Positions 32,755 through 33,368 of a DNA stretch of 33,368 nucleotides are shown here, one piece after another. The translations under genes were made by a program, and so were the position numbers. The stretch is from Octopus bimaculoides (taxonomy: Eukaryota): assembly GCF_001194135.2 (NCBI RefSeq), contig NC_068990.1:93632618-93665985 (forward strand), read 5' to 3'. Numbering within the stretch: position 1 is the stretch's first letter; each line of letters begins with the position of its first letter. The notes under the pieces are model-generated. The model was not told where the DNA came from, made no database searches, and saw only the letters and a list, made by a program, of their open reading frames with translations.

Positions 32755-33065
32755 TCATGTTGGGCCTCACAGAAGCACTGACAAGTGACTGAGACCTTTG
32801 GAGATGGGCTGTGCTTGAGAAAACTTGGCAAGCCAAGTGAGACCGTAGCCATGGCCGATGCCATTGTTGCATAACTGATGCCAGTACCACCTCACTGGCC
32901 CCCATGCCAGTGGCACATAAAAAGCACCCACTACACTCTTGGAGTGGTTGGCGTTAGGAAGGGCATCCAGCTGTAGAAACTCTGCCAGATCAGATTGGAG
33001 CCTGGTGCAGTCAAACTGTCCAGCCCATGCCAGCATGGAAAGCAGACATTAAACAATGATGATAT
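32755..33065 (+). mobile_element. RTE-like LINE 3' UTR fragment
   Basis: Aligns by eye with 29460-29745 and the reverse complement of 10300-10770. Ends ...GACATTAAACAATGATGAT. Confidence 0.75.
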
Positions 33066-33111
<46 letters not shown>

Positions 33112-33112
33112 T

Positions 33113-33310
33113 CTTTTATTCTTTTACTTGTTTCAGCCATTTGACTGTGGCCATGCTGGAGCACCGCCTTTAGTCGAACAAATCGACCCCAGGACTTATT
33201 CTTTGTAAGCCTAGTACTTATATTATCAGTCTCTTTTGCCGAACCACTAAGTTACAGGGATGTAAACACACAAACATAGGTTGTCAAGTGATGGTAGGGT
33301 AACAAACACA
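33113..33310 (-). mobile_element. SINE S1, 3' half
   Basis: Reverse complement of the S1 3' half, followed by the (TA)n linker at the window end. Confidence 0.8.
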
Positions 33311-33313
33311 GAT

Positions 33314-33368
<55 letters not shown>

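Overview
Eukaryotic, AT-rich, microsatellite-rich genomic DNA with seven N gaps. The repeat complement resembles an octopus genome (inference from recognition, not verified). The window holds the 5' part of a minus-strand ABCC5/MRP5-like ABC transporter gene. Thirteen GT-AG coding exons (26259 down to 1946) splice in frame into 510 codons covering the N-terminus, TMD1 and the start of NBD1 up to Walker A (GSTGSGKS). The rest of the gene lies below coordinate 1. The introns are filled with tRNA-derived SINEs, RTE/LINE fragments, mariner relics, piggyBac-type MITEs and a Chapaev3-like transposase relic. The most striking unannotated signal is a set of minimal type I hammerhead ribozyme motifs from at least four distinct sequence families. 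One family is a tRNA-headed SINE with a hammerhead in its tail, present three times as a self-inverted (mirror) insertion. Several other fold-back elements also sit in the introns, including mariner 3'-3' and 5'-5' derivatives.
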